This document shows, piece after piece, positions 21,661-33,497 of a stretch of DNA of 37,393 nt (its first letter is position 1; each line of letters starts with the position of its first letter). The DNA comes from Perkinsus olseni (lineage: Eukaryota): the NCBI GenBank assembly GCA_013115125.1, contig JABANN010000341.1:1-37393 (forward strand). The letters are read 5' to 3'. The position numbers and the translations under genes were made by a program. The notes beneath the pieces were generated by a model. The model searched no databases. It was not told the origin of the DNA and saw only the letters and a list, made by a program, of their open reading frames with translations.

Positions 21661-22887
21661 ATGGAATTCGCCACGAAAAGCGGCGCGGCGCTGTCTGCCG
21701 AGATCAGCGAAGGTCCCTCGGGTTCCGGTGTGAAATACGAAAATGTTGGTATGGCGACCTCTGGCGATATCTCGACTACTACCTCCCCCACTGGTCAAGG
21801 CTTTACGCCTGAGCTTATTCAGAATTACGGGAAGTTCAGCCGGGGCGCTCTCCTAGAGGATGAGTTCGGCAATGTTAACAGAGATGGCGGAAGGCATCAT
21901 CACAATCATCAGCAGCAACCTTCGAAGCAGCAGTTTTATAAGACGTCTATGTGCAAGTTCTACTTGGCTGGTAACTGTGTCAAGGGAGAGATGTGCACGC
22001 ATGCCCATCAAGAGTCCGAGCTGGTTCGGAAGCCCGATGTTCCCAGGACTCGTCTGTGCCGAGCTCTCCTTACCTACGGTGTATGCAACTATGCCCAGTG
22101 CAAGTACGCCCACGACATCAAGGAGATCCGTCAGACCAACACTTTCTTCAAAACTAAGATGTGCGACTTCTTTGCTAACGGTCATTGCAAGCTAGGTAAT
22201 CGGTGCCGCTTCGCTCACTCTGAAGAAGAGCTCATCGGCGAACTACCACCTCCTGGTACGTGTGACGGTACTACCCCAAAGCCTCTGGCAAGCTCTCGTA
22301 CGGCCGAGGGTTCAAGTGAGCAGCAACAACAACAGCAGCAGCAGCACAAACTCAACAGCATGGCACCAGATTTCCTCCCGAGGTTGCCGTTGTCGTCTCC
22401 TACTGGGGATATGGGCGTGACCGAAGCTGAAGCGGAGGCCACTAACAGGAAGTATTATGACGGTGTATTCATGCCTAGGAGATTCAGCTTGGCCAGCTCC
22501 AATGGAAGGGACGGGCCGACCTCCCCAATGAACGATTTGACTCTACCGCTATTACCCCAGGGTGGTAACGTCGGTTTCCTCACCGCTCGAATGGTGAGCC
22601 CTGACGGCACACCCCTGGCGAATGGCCCTCTTATGATACCAACATTCGCCCAAGCACCTCCCCAACAGTCCGTCGGGAATCCTGGCAGCCCCGCCAACTT
22701 CCCTGGTCCGCCCTTGCCCGTCCACTTGATGCAGAGCCCCCTGAATGCGGGGACCTGGGGGGCCTCCGGGGCTACCCCGACCTTCCATCTTGGTGCTAAT
22801 AGAACCCCTACCCACATACATGAACTGTTACGCTCAACAAGCATCGATGAACTCAAGCGATATGCCAACCAAGTGTACGAGGATTAA
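21661..22887 (+). CDS. Intronless CCCH zinc-finger RNA-binding protein (three fingers)
   Basis: YKTSMCKFYLAGNCVKGEMCTHAH, RTRLCRALLTYGVCNYAQCKYAH, FKTKMCDFFANGHCKLGNRCRFAH. Poly-Q at 22321-22344. Single 408-aa ORF ending QVYED*. Confidence 0.93.
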   Translation: MEFATKSGAALSAEISEGPSGSGVKYENVGMATSGDISTTTSPTGQGFTPELIQNYGKFSRGALLEDEFGNVNRDGGRHHHNHQQQPSKQQFYKTSMCKFYLAGNCVKGEMCTHAHQESELVRKPDVPRTRLCRALLTYGVCNYAQCKYAHDIKEIRQTNTFFKTKMCDFFANGHCKLGNRCRFAHSEEELIGELPPPGTCDGTTPKPLASSRTAEGSSEQQQQQQQQHKLNSMAPDFLPRLPLSSPTGDMGVTEAEAEATNRKYYDGVFMPRRFSLASSNGRDGPTSPMNDLTLPLLPQGGNVGFLTARMVSPDGTPLANGPLMIPTFAQAPPQQSVGNPGSPANFPGPPLPVHLMQSPLNAGTWGASGATPTFHLGANRTPTHIHELLRSTSIDELKRYANQVYED

Positions 22888-23879
22888 CAACCAACAACAA
22901 CCAGCGAGTATCATTAATATCTTATCAATACCGTTGCCTTTTCAATCTTCGATCTTTTTGATCATTGCATGCGTGGCTGGTGCGCAGGCCTCTCCGAGTG
23001 GGTTACCGTCGTAAATGTAGCAGCCTGTGGACAGCTCCCATGAGTCCAGAGCGTTAGATGGCCTGAAAAGGCTTTCGAAGCGTCTTTTTACGTGTCGCTG
23101 TATTATCAGTCCGAAGAGCTCCAGCGTTGTTTACCGCTGATACAGGGCGTGTACATCTTACTCTCAACATTTCTTCTCTCCTCGCTGACTTGCTTAGTTA
23201 CCATGGGGAGAGTTCACGCACACCATGTAGCGATGGAAGGAACGCGTCCACCGACTTGTCAGTGACTCGCAAAATCCTCATCGGCAGAGGCGTCTCCTGT
23301 CGGCAGTCCAGTGCTTCATGACGTCCCGAAAGAGGGCGAGGTATACTCAGTGTGACATGCGTTACCCAGCCTAGCTCTAGTGTGGATACGACCAGATAAG
23401 CGTCATCACTTCCGGCACAGTCTCTAGAGCTTGAGCTTCCTGCGTCCCTTAAATAATAATGCTATTCAACTCGGAGCACCGCCATGAAGCAAGCATAGCG
23501 ACGCAGATCAGGCCGCCACAGATTTACGGCAGCCCTTGTAGCGTAGAGGGCATCAGCGTACCAACCGCCATTATCTACTAGAGTTCTGCATGGCTCCCAT
23601 TGAGCCTCAGATGGTATCCAATGGCAGCAGTTTGGCATCACCAACGCTGTCTCTTGATGTGCCACGGCCCTCCTTAAGAGTCACGTTGCCTGTTCCCGAG
23701 TTAAGCCCGCGGCCGGTGGTGACGAACATACCGCCGCGAGGGAAGCTCAAAGCATTCATTTCAGCCCAAAGCGTTCCCAGGAAGCCTGACGCTCCCGCGA
23801 CCACCTATAGATGGACTTGTAGGCGGGGCGCCTGCCCCATTAGAAGTCTTAGGTGGGTTCCGCTAAATAACAATCTTCG

Positions 23880-26800
23880 ATGCACCCGAACCTGCCAGCC
23901 TCGGCACCGTACCCTCCCCCCATGCCTCAAGTGGAGGAGAAGTACCGTTGTACCATCTGCCAGGTAACCTCGCTATTCAATGGGCAAGTGCCGCCCTGCT
24001 TGTCTCAGTCGATCGTCTTGGCCTCTGAATTAGAGAGCCATGAAGCTTTCTGCCCACCGAAGGAAGAGGAAGAGGACGAGGGTTACTTCTCAGGTCTGTA
24101 CTTGGCGATCTAATCTTCCTTCCAGACCCTCATCCTGGATGAGTCATCCATCCCGAAAGGGCAACCCTAGTGATCTAATAACGCCACGCTAGCCTCTTGC
24201 TTGTTCGCGTACGGGCTGTTTCCCCGCTCTCAGACGAGCCCTCAGCAGCCTCCGCTGGTCCCCAAGAACCGAACCCAACACTGAAGGCGCAGGAGGAGGC
24301 CCCATCAACGACAGCGCAAAGCAAGGTGTCCTCCTCGACCCTCCTGACTGTGCAATTGGTGAAGTGCGTCATTTATATGACAGCGTTCAAGCCAGGCTTC
24401 GCTGTTCTTTCGAGTAGTCGTAGCGGGCTGGCTCCTTTCTTTCAGCCTGGCAAGGGTATCTGGACACAAGCCCGGCCGGATTTTGGAGTGAGGCCTACGT
24501 CGCTGACCATCTTCGTCTCGACGGCAACCTTCATCGATTCATCTCATCAGACGAGTACCCGAGACTACATCCTTCGGGTGGAGGCCAATCGCCGCCGTTT
24601 GAAAGCAGAGATGGACTCGGAAGAGCTCCGGGAGTGCACCTTCACACCACGACTGTTGAACAGGAAGACTGTCACGTAAGCTCTCTCCCTTCGCTGGACA
24701 ACATCGCTTGGTGAACTCTGCCAAGTGACCATCGGCCCTCGTCAGCCCCCGCAGTCACGGCTCCAGCCACAGCGCTGGCAGGCAACAACGCCTAGCGATA
24801 GTTGGGGAGGAGATGCACAAGGAATGCTCCCATCGTCCCAAGGTCACCATGTCTATGACGACTCCCTTTTACCAGGAACTGCCGGTCCCCAGATATGCCG
24901 CCGCTCCGCTGAGCTGGCCAGGTCGCGCAATCCAGAGCACCGAGCCGTGTACGAACGCCTGTACGAGACCGACCGTCCCCTCTCCAGCAGGGTGAGTCGA
25001 TTTCGGCAGCCAAGGCATCTTGCTTGGATGGCTCCTCAGCATTGTGGATCTGAACCGAACCCAGAACTGGTGCCGCATCCGGGCGGCAGCAGAAGGGGTT
25101 GCCGCAGATCCACCACTTTGTAGGTCGCGAGGGTCCGCAATTAGCTGCCGCTAGTAATGGGACGCTTTCATATGCAAGCTACTGAGTAGAGCTTCGAGGC
25201 GTTGGCTCAGTATGGACTGCGACCTCCGGACGGTTTCCCGACCATTAGTGACGGGACGGGCCCGCAATGAGGGCCCCTCATCCAGTCTGTACTAGGTACA
25301 GCGAGGCTGCTCAGCGGCAGAGTCGCCGCAGCGAAGCAGCTTCAGATCTCGAGGCGATCGTTGCCCAGCAAGCATCCCAGGGCACGAAGCTCTCGAGAGG
25401 AAGCCAGAGGTGAGGAAGCCCGCAGCTGGCAGTCACGGTTCACCGTGGATAGACCACAGCACGGTTGCTTCCATGCAGAGCCTATCGGGCCCTACTCCGA
25501 CGAAGGCTTCGGGCCGCCCTCACCTCCACCCTGGGGGACGCAGATAGCATGTCTCTCAGCGACTTCGCTCGCTTCCTCGTTGTCCTGGGGGTGGAAGACG
25601 CTGAAAAAGGGAGGCCTCTCGCCCGCAGGTTGTGGGAACTCGTAAGGCTGCCAGACACGGTGAGCTCGCGAAGCACTGCAAGGGGAAGGCGACGCGGCTC
25701 AGGACGCCTCGACTTGTAGCAAATGCATCCACACGATGCTGCATCTACTGGGCGGCTACTCTGATGAGCCACCCCGGAACTCAGGTCGGGGTTTGGTGCA
25801 CGGCAGCTCCATTAAACTTGTTAGTCACGACTGCAGGTAGGGCATCCGAGACCGTAGCAGCGAACAGAAATTTCGAAGCTTTCCGTAAAGAACTCAGAGA
25901 ACTTCTCCCGTCTGGGTGGGTGCCTTGAGTGCGAGCCGTATCAGCTCCTCGGCAACAGGCAACATCGGAGCACCCTTCTCAATCGCAGCTCGGCTTCGTC
26001 TACTGACCAAACCGGTGGTGCAGCGGGTAGGGGTAAAAATGTGACGTCGATGTTAAGCCTTGTATGTCTCGGTTCCCAGCAGCCTTTTAGATCTCTGTTG
26101 TCGCCGTAGAAACAAAATCCTCATTTCGTTTCGCGCCATGAAAATGAATCGTCCTAATACGGCCTGCCTCCTCGTAGATCCAGATGGAGTAGGAAGCCCT
26201 TCCATTCTGGGCTCTAGCAAACGCATGGCTGAGTCGTCGAACGAGGGGCTTCGACAGGCGTACGGTGTGGTGGACCATGCTGACCTGTTGATGCTCAGGA
26301 AGAGGCTGGTGAGAGCTGCGCCTCTTCGAATCCCACTATCGGTGTTCCAGGCTAGAGACCGACTCCTCGTGAGAGCTGAAGAGGTGGCTGACTCAGAGCT
26401 GAGAGATTGCACCTTCAAGCCCAAGCTCGTCACCAGGCGGAGACTAAGGGTGAGGATTCCACGGGCAACCGACCGCTGTCATGCTCTGGGCAGAGCAATG
26501 ATCGTTCTGATGAGTCCACCTCGAGCCCGGCATGCGGTGATAGCCGCCTCACCGATTCTGTTCGATCCTACAAGCGCTTCGAGGAACTGTACGCGGACGG
26601 TCGAACGCGAGACGAGCGGCTATTGGGAAGAGCTGAGGCTGCCATTGTGGCCGAGCGGGAACGGGAAGTACGACGGTTGCTTGTCCTCTTGGCGAATGTC
26701 TCTATGCTCAGGCGGCAGACTGCACCTTCAAACCTAACATCGCAGCAAGCAGGATCTCCGGTGAGAAAGTCTTACAAAAAAAGAGGAGAAGTGGCCAGCA

Positions 26801-27149
26801 GCCTCTTGGCTACGAGGCGGCAACCACCCGCCTGCGGGAGGCGACGAAGAAGAGGCAAAATTTGAAGCAGTGGCGAGGTGGTTTCCTTGGCATAAGCTCC
26901 AGTACGGCTCCCTCGGAGTGCTGTACACTTCAGATGCAGTGCGCTCTCAAGACTACAAGCCGCCTAGCATCTCAAGCGGTCAGAAGGCAGATCGACCGAA
27001 CAGAGAGGTTCCAGCGAGAAAGTATCCGCGAAGTTCGCGGGTCGCGGAGGTCTGACAGTTTCCCATCGACGTCTGTTACGGTGCTTTGTGGTGTTCTCAA
27101 GTATCCGGATGGGAAGAGAATTTCACCAGTGCAAAAGAATGGAGTCTGA
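23880..27149 (+). CDS. Multi-exon protein with recurring (E/D)CTFxP repeats and an N-terminal CxxC...H...C Zn-knuckle-like motif
   Basis: RCTICQ|SIVLASELESHEAFC; ELRECTFTPRL, HKECSHRPKV, VYERLY, ELRDCTFKPKL, RFEELYADG, PLGYEAATTRLRE; ends KNGV*. The 5' end could extend to 23590. Confidence 0.65.
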
Positions 27150-27310
27150 TCACTGGTACGCCCTATCTTTCCCGTTATTGCGGGACCGTCCGCTAGTAAG
27201 CGTCTTCGATATGGGACGTGAATCATTACTAGAAAAGATATACCTTTGAGTGTACATGTAACTTTCACAACACAAGCCAGCAGCAAGTCAGAAACAATCC
27301 TTCCTTAAAA

Positions 27311-29782
27311 TCATCGTATTGTGATTGGCAACTGTTTGGCTATACCCTCCACCACAGCATGATGCATGCTATTCACCCACTCGTGGGTCAAAGTACGCTC
27401 GAAGGACCGATAGGTCAGTCGGAAGCACAGTGAGCGCCTCCCTGTTGTCGGACTGAGAGATGGCGAGTGTATCAATGACCGAGGACGAGGACGGGCTTAC
27501 TGGAAAAATTCGTCTTTAACTTCAATCGACTCGAGGCAGTCTGTAGAGATCTCTCGGCAAATCTGCGATTGTGGAATGCGAAGTAGTTGTCGTTAGTGGC
27601 AGAATACTTCAAAAAACTTGTTCAATTCGAATCCAACGTCGTCGTCTATCCAGAAGGATATGTCTTTGAACACAGGAGGGTAGTTACTGAAGGGTTCGAA
27701 CTTCTTCAATTCACCATCGGCAAACTGGCTCAGAAAACGCTTGTCTGTGGACCTGAGACGAAGGGACGAGCACGGTAGTTGGCGGGCATTGACAAGGACC
27801 AGATGAGCCAGTCAGACCGAGGGACCAGATACGCCGGGCAAAAGGCAACAGGACTCCGTCGTACCAAAACAATCGTATATCGTCAATCTCGAAGAGGTGC
27901 ATCGCCAAGCGTTCCAATCCGAGCCCGAAGGCCCAACCGTGTAGGCCGCAGTCGCTGCCGAGAGCACGATCGATGATTTCGTTCTTGATCGCACCGCAGC
28001 CGAGCACTTCAATCCACCTGTCTCGATGATCATCCAACAGGCCAGAGCACCTCCCTCCCCACTTTCCGTTATAGAAGATCTCCATTTCGAGGCTGGGGTC
28101 AGTGAAGGGGAAAGTGATGGTGCTGTCCCAACGCATTTCCACGCCCACACCGAAAAGAGACTCCATTAACCCTGCGAACAAGCAAGAGATAATGACCAGA
28201 GCAAGTAGCAGGAGCCGGAGGTCTAGAGCATGATACATGAATGGATGCTGCACCACAGATTAAAAAAATAACGATTCCGTTATTGTCAGATTATAATTAT
28301 CGTTATTATTTTATTATCCGATCAAATGTATAACGAACGATTCCGAGGCCGACCTTCGAGCGTCTTTTTCAAGTCCTCAATGACCATGGCCTGGGAAGCC
28401 TCGCTGGTTGGGAAGAGTCGCAAGCCGTCAACCTGAAGGCATAGACTCTTGGGCAAGGTCATCAACGCCGTCAACGGTCACCTGATGGAAAACTGGGTAG
28501 TGATACCGATCAATCTCATCCTTCCGATACACATCGGCTGACCACACAGCACCTTCAACTGGGCCTGATCGCGACAGGGTCCAGGGGTAGCTGCAGAGAG
28601 CTCCGAGGGCCTAGCTCCGAGGGCCTAGCTCCGCGAGAACGGGCGAGCAAGCTCGATCGGACTAAAGTGATGCTGTTCAGGGTCACTCGAGAACTATGTA
28701 CTTCCTGCAGCAGCCACTCGACAGAGCATCTCAGGTTGATGGGCCGTGGCCTGCGGCCGCAGAAGCCACTTAGTATCGGTATCTGCATCAGTGCTAAAGT
28801 AAACCTTTGGCCGCTGACTGCCCCACCACTGATGTAGAATGTGTCGCTCCGCGATCTAGAGGGATGGCCCTGAGAAATTGCAATACAACCATTTACCTTC
28901 ACCAACTTCAGTCACCCCAACGCCTCAGCGCATAGTGGATCAATGATGAACAGAAAACCCCTATTCACTCGCACTGTTGATCGGAGAACGCCGTACGAGC
29001 GGCATGCCACGACCGGAGCCTCGGCTGGCTCACTTTCGGGATGAGGAGCTCATCGAATGCCACCTCGGATCGAATCACTGGCGAGGGCGGCGAGTCGAAG
29101 ACGAACGACTGAAAGGAGTCTGCTCGGGATTGGCAGCACGGGCGCAGCCTTGCCTGAGGGAATCTCCGATGGAAGTGCTCATCTATCAAAGTCTTCAGGA
29201 TGCCCAGAGGATGCCTGAGGCAGAACGACAAACTCTGAGATAATGCTGACGATGAGAAGCGCGCAGCGGCTGGCGTCCGGCAGAGAAGATCGAAGCTGAC
29301 CACAATTGCATCGCCCTTTGGGCTGAGAAACGTGACGAATATACCATGCGCAGCACGACGTCCAGAGGAAGTTTCAATGAGATGCAGCTGATGAGTGCCC
29401 TCACGAAGCCAGTGCAGCGAGCTCAGTTGAGAGAGGAGATCAAAAGAAAAGATGTCATTTGGAGGTACCGTTGATCAAGATGAAGGTTCCTTCCGATTTT
29501 ACACCACACGCTCGCGGGTATATGCTTTGGAGGCTCTAAACTTTGTTGCAGTACCGGTATGGAACACAAGCGTGCATACCGCAGAGAGAGCATTCGAACA
29601 ACCCTCGCTGACAACACTCCAGGACAGGCGTTGCTTCGCGATGAGCAGAACGGTGACTCATTCGTCCGCCGCAGGCTTAGCGACGCGTATGGCCCAAGTC
29701 CACTAGCGAACACAAAGACCACCGCCGTACCAGAAGCAAGTCTCTCTATGACAAGAAGAACGATAATCCATCCGATCACCAT
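27311..29782 (-). CDS. FARS2: Organellar (monomeric, mitochondrial-type) phenylalanyl-tRNA synthetase; start at 29782 or 29593
   Basis: KIGRNLHL..|HPLGILK, FDELLIP.|GHPSRSRSDTFY, ADVYRKDEIDRYHYPVFHQ, FPFTDPSLEMEI, WIEVLGCG, GWAFGLGLERLAM.LF.I.DIRLFW, C-terminal anticodon-binding domain DISFW...SLCFRLTYRS.ERTLT. Confidence 0.95.
28599..28633. repeat. 14-nt tandem repeat AGCTCCGAGGGCCT x2.5 in a PheRS intron
   Basis: Read directly. Confidence 0.9.
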
Positions 29783-29888
29783 TCATGCTATGATATATGA
29801 CAGATACTCAGAAAACACTTCAAAAAAGGCTTCACATTCGTCGTAACACCAGGGCCTCCCCGCCCGCTCCGCTCGAGCTTGACGCTCT

Positions 29889-32010
29889 TCACTGAATGTC
29901 GACTTCCTCGGTTCTATCAGCCACGCTCGTCTCAGGTCCCATACGCTTCTTTAGCTGCTCAGCCTGAACGACCCGAGAGCTCCTTCGCGGCCCCGTAGGC
30001 GGACTTGCCAGGGCTCACCCGCGCTCGTGCTGCCGCGATCAAATCATTGACAGCCTTCAGCTCAGCTTCATAATTTCCTGCATGTTGCGACTCTCGGTAC
30101 AGCCTCACAAACCTGATCGACCGAACTGTATCCGCGCATGATGAGAGTTGGGATCTCCGTACGCGTCATTGATTTCTATGATTTTAGCCGGGACACTACT
30201 CGTGGTTTTGTGACGGGCCAGACGCTCTCGACGCGCCAACAGCTGGGCATCGTCCTGAGCCGTATCACCATCAACCGAACGGCCCAGCTGATCATCAGAG
30301 AATCTCACCTCTGCTGGCTGAGCTGTGAAAGCCGATACGCCTATTGTACGGCCGAGGAACTCCGACAACAACCCAGCTGCGGTCGCGATAGACCTTGCAC
30401 GGGACACATGCCACTTCGTCAACTCGTGGTGACCCCACCCGTTGCTCGGGTTATTCATGAGCACTAGCGAACGGTCCACTTCTGATTTGTTTGGAAGCTC
30501 CGTCCACCCCTGGTCATCCGTCATGCCCTGGAAGTCCGTGACGCGTCGCTTCGCCACTTCCTCATCTCCATACTTTTGAACATGACTAGGGCCACTACCA
30601 TGCCAAGCAGCGCGTAAAGAGCAGTTCACCTTCGCGTTGTGAGCTCGGTTATCTTATCGACCTGTTGCCCCACGGTCTCCCCCTCCACCTGGGGGAGCTC
30701 GGAGTCCTCCATCCAGTTGACCGAGAAGAGGTCTCCCAAGCACGTCCCTATGTGCTTGCCGTCCACCATGTCGGCCTAAGCATGCGCCCTCTCTCATCAT
30801 CAGATCCCGGCCCCGAGGCTCACGTCGGGATCCACACCACTGGGGCAGTAAGTACCCCAGCTGGACTCTGTGGCGTTGGCCGCTGTCACTATGAAACTGC
30901 CACAGAGATTCTCCAGTTATACGCCAGTTATACGCTACCGGAGCCACCTACATTCCAGGCGGTATGTCGTTATCATCATCGAACATGCTGCCGCTCTCAC
31001 AAGCCTCAATGTAAACTACCATGCTCTTGAACCTGCTACCATCTTTCGACCTAATCCTACCACTCCCACCCAGGTACTACATCTTGCGCTCTTTCATGCG
31101 CTTGAGTATCCGATGGAACTTCTCCCTCCTTAGATTCTCGTTGGGAAAACTGACAGCCCCACCTGTTCACACAACCTCATAGACATGGCGGAAAGGCAAC
31201 GATCGAGCCACAGTAAGAAATTTCGTCGAACTGGTCACACCGAGACATTCACTAGAGTCGCGGAGCATGTAGAGAGGGCTGCCCATCGATACGGTCCCCC
31301 GACTCACTTTCGCCATGATCCACGAAGTTGAGGAACACAAAGTCCTCCTCCGTGCTGTCCAAGACAGGAAGTCCTTTTGGAACGGCGGAGGCGTTTCCCG
31401 TGAGCACCTCAAGAACACCAGCATCCACGCCCGTCTCTAGTAGCCCAGATCCCAGTACTCACCGCCTCGAAGTTGTGAACAGTAACATCGTCGCCGCGGT
31501 AATCCACCATACAGTCCTTGTAAACGTCATGACCCTTGCCTGTTCTATCTGTACCACAGAGCTACTCGAGGTTGCAGGCATAAAAGAGCATCTCACCAGG
31601 GTGGTTGAAGAGCGTTCCCGGGATAGGGTTCTCCGGATCATGGGCTACGTCATCGGTCCTGAAGTAACCACCGTTCCCTCTAGTCGCATCCCATGGTGCT
31701 AGGCAGGTGCCGAAAGCCCTTCTCTCGTGCCGGGAATCTTAGGTTGCGGCCCGGTACTCACGAGAACAGGATGATATTTTGCTCTGGAATGCCGTGCTGT
31801 TTTAGAATAGCATGAGCATGGCAGACATCAGCCTGATGCCGGTAGTTGTAATAGCCGGTCGAACCAGCAACCAGCACCTAGCATTGCTGCTGCATCCACG
31901 CCACATGACGCAGCTCTTACCGCAAAGTGCCTGTGATGGTGAGTCCTTGGGGCGGCCCCCGCAACAGCAGTGGTGACACTCAGACCGAGCGTAGCGATGG
32001 CAAGTCTCAT
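29889..32010 (-). CDS. LGMN: Legumain / asparaginyl endopeptidase (peptidase family C13) with signal peptide
   Basis: [52 protein letters not shown]; catalytic His in FVDHG and Cys in [34 protein letters not shown]. Confidence 0.95.
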
Positions 32011-32374
32011 TGAATGGTAAAAAGGCCAAACCTGTTGTTAATATTGGTGAGAAGATGGTTAGACTGTTGGAGGAAGAGGAACTACGAGATCACAAGATTC
32101 GTGCGTGACGTGGTAGCCGAAAAAGAAAGTAATGATAGATAACGTACTTGTCTACATAAACTCAACCATAAAGGAACACGTTCCTCATGGCGTTAACGTA
32201 TACAGTAGGAGGATATCTGTTAAGCGGGGGTAAGCGTAGAGGCCCTCGAACGGATGTCAAACCTTGACAAAGTTTGCCTGGGTGAGGGCACTCTCACAAG
32301 GTACTACAAAACTTGCTTCAAGATGCCCCTCAACAAACGAGTTCAGAAATTTTACGCGCTAAGGATCAGTTTGA

Positions 32375-33361
32375 CTATGATGCCCACGACGTCTTCAGCA
32401 AAGACGTCGCGTAAAGGCGATGAAAGGCTCTAGAGTAAATCACGCGGCTCCGCAGCACCGATGGGTAGCGCAACAGGGCAACTTGAAGGACACCTTTGTA
32501 TGCTTAACTAAGCAACTTAACGAAGAACAAACGGGATACCGGCAGTGTGTGGTAGATCACCGTATAAGATGCTCAGGGCTGCTTCGCAAGAACTTCTGCG
32601 GTCACCGCTGGCCAGGAAGAGTGCCTTCTTCGCTCCCATTGCTTCATGTCCTTTATCCTCTCGTGTCGAGTCGGCGTGGCGACTCTTGGTATCATTTGCT
32701 TCATCATCATGACGAGCATCATCGCTGCTGCTGCTGCAGACGAGCTCTTCGTCTCGGGCGCCGAGTGTTATCTTTGCCAAGTAACCTCCCGAGAACTATC
32801 CCTTTTAACTAGTCGTCTCGAGCACGTCTTACTGAGCACACTCTCTCGCGTACCGTGAAACGGAGTATCCCTGAGTGGGCAGGAGGACTCATACCATAGC
32901 CCAGGGATTGAGTCAAGCTAGCAACATAGCGTCCTTAGGTGCTCGTTCGAAGGATGGAGAATATGTTCGCTCGCCAAGGAAGAGACTTCACCGAGGAGGA
33001 TCTCCTCCGCAACGCCAAGAAGACTCTTTGCAATCGAGCGGCCCTCCAAGGGAAGATTGTTGCAGAGTTCCCCTCCTCTAGACCAGCTGTGAGCGTTCAT
33101 CATTCACGATAGCTCGGCTGTTCCGTTAAATCTACTAGGCGTTCTTAGTGCCATATCGTCCTCCAATTGGCGGAGTGAACGGCCGAGAGCGTTCCTCACT
33201 GCCAACGTCGAGTGTCGTCCCTCTAGATACATTATCCCAGCCTCGAGTACGATTGCGAGACCTTCATGGACCGCTACGGGCCAGATCTGATGGACGCTCT
33301 CAGTCTGGAAGAGGACTTGACAGACTTTTGTGTGACGTCCATAGGGACGGGTTGCAAGCAT
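32375..33361 (-). CDS. Hypothetical multi-exon protein (boundaries uncertain)
   Basis: Consecutive minus-strand open segments (33104-33361, 32918-33103, 32517-32780) separated by plausible GT-AG introns. No recognised motif. Confidence 0.3.
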
Positions 33362-33497
33362 GGTCCACGCTAGTCAGAGTTATAGTTCTCTCGTATTGTG
33401 AATCTCGAGTTCAGTCGGACTACCCCCACGACAGATGAACGCAACCCCACTCGAAGTAAAGCATGCTACTGATTATTTGTTATCGTGGGAGAATAAA

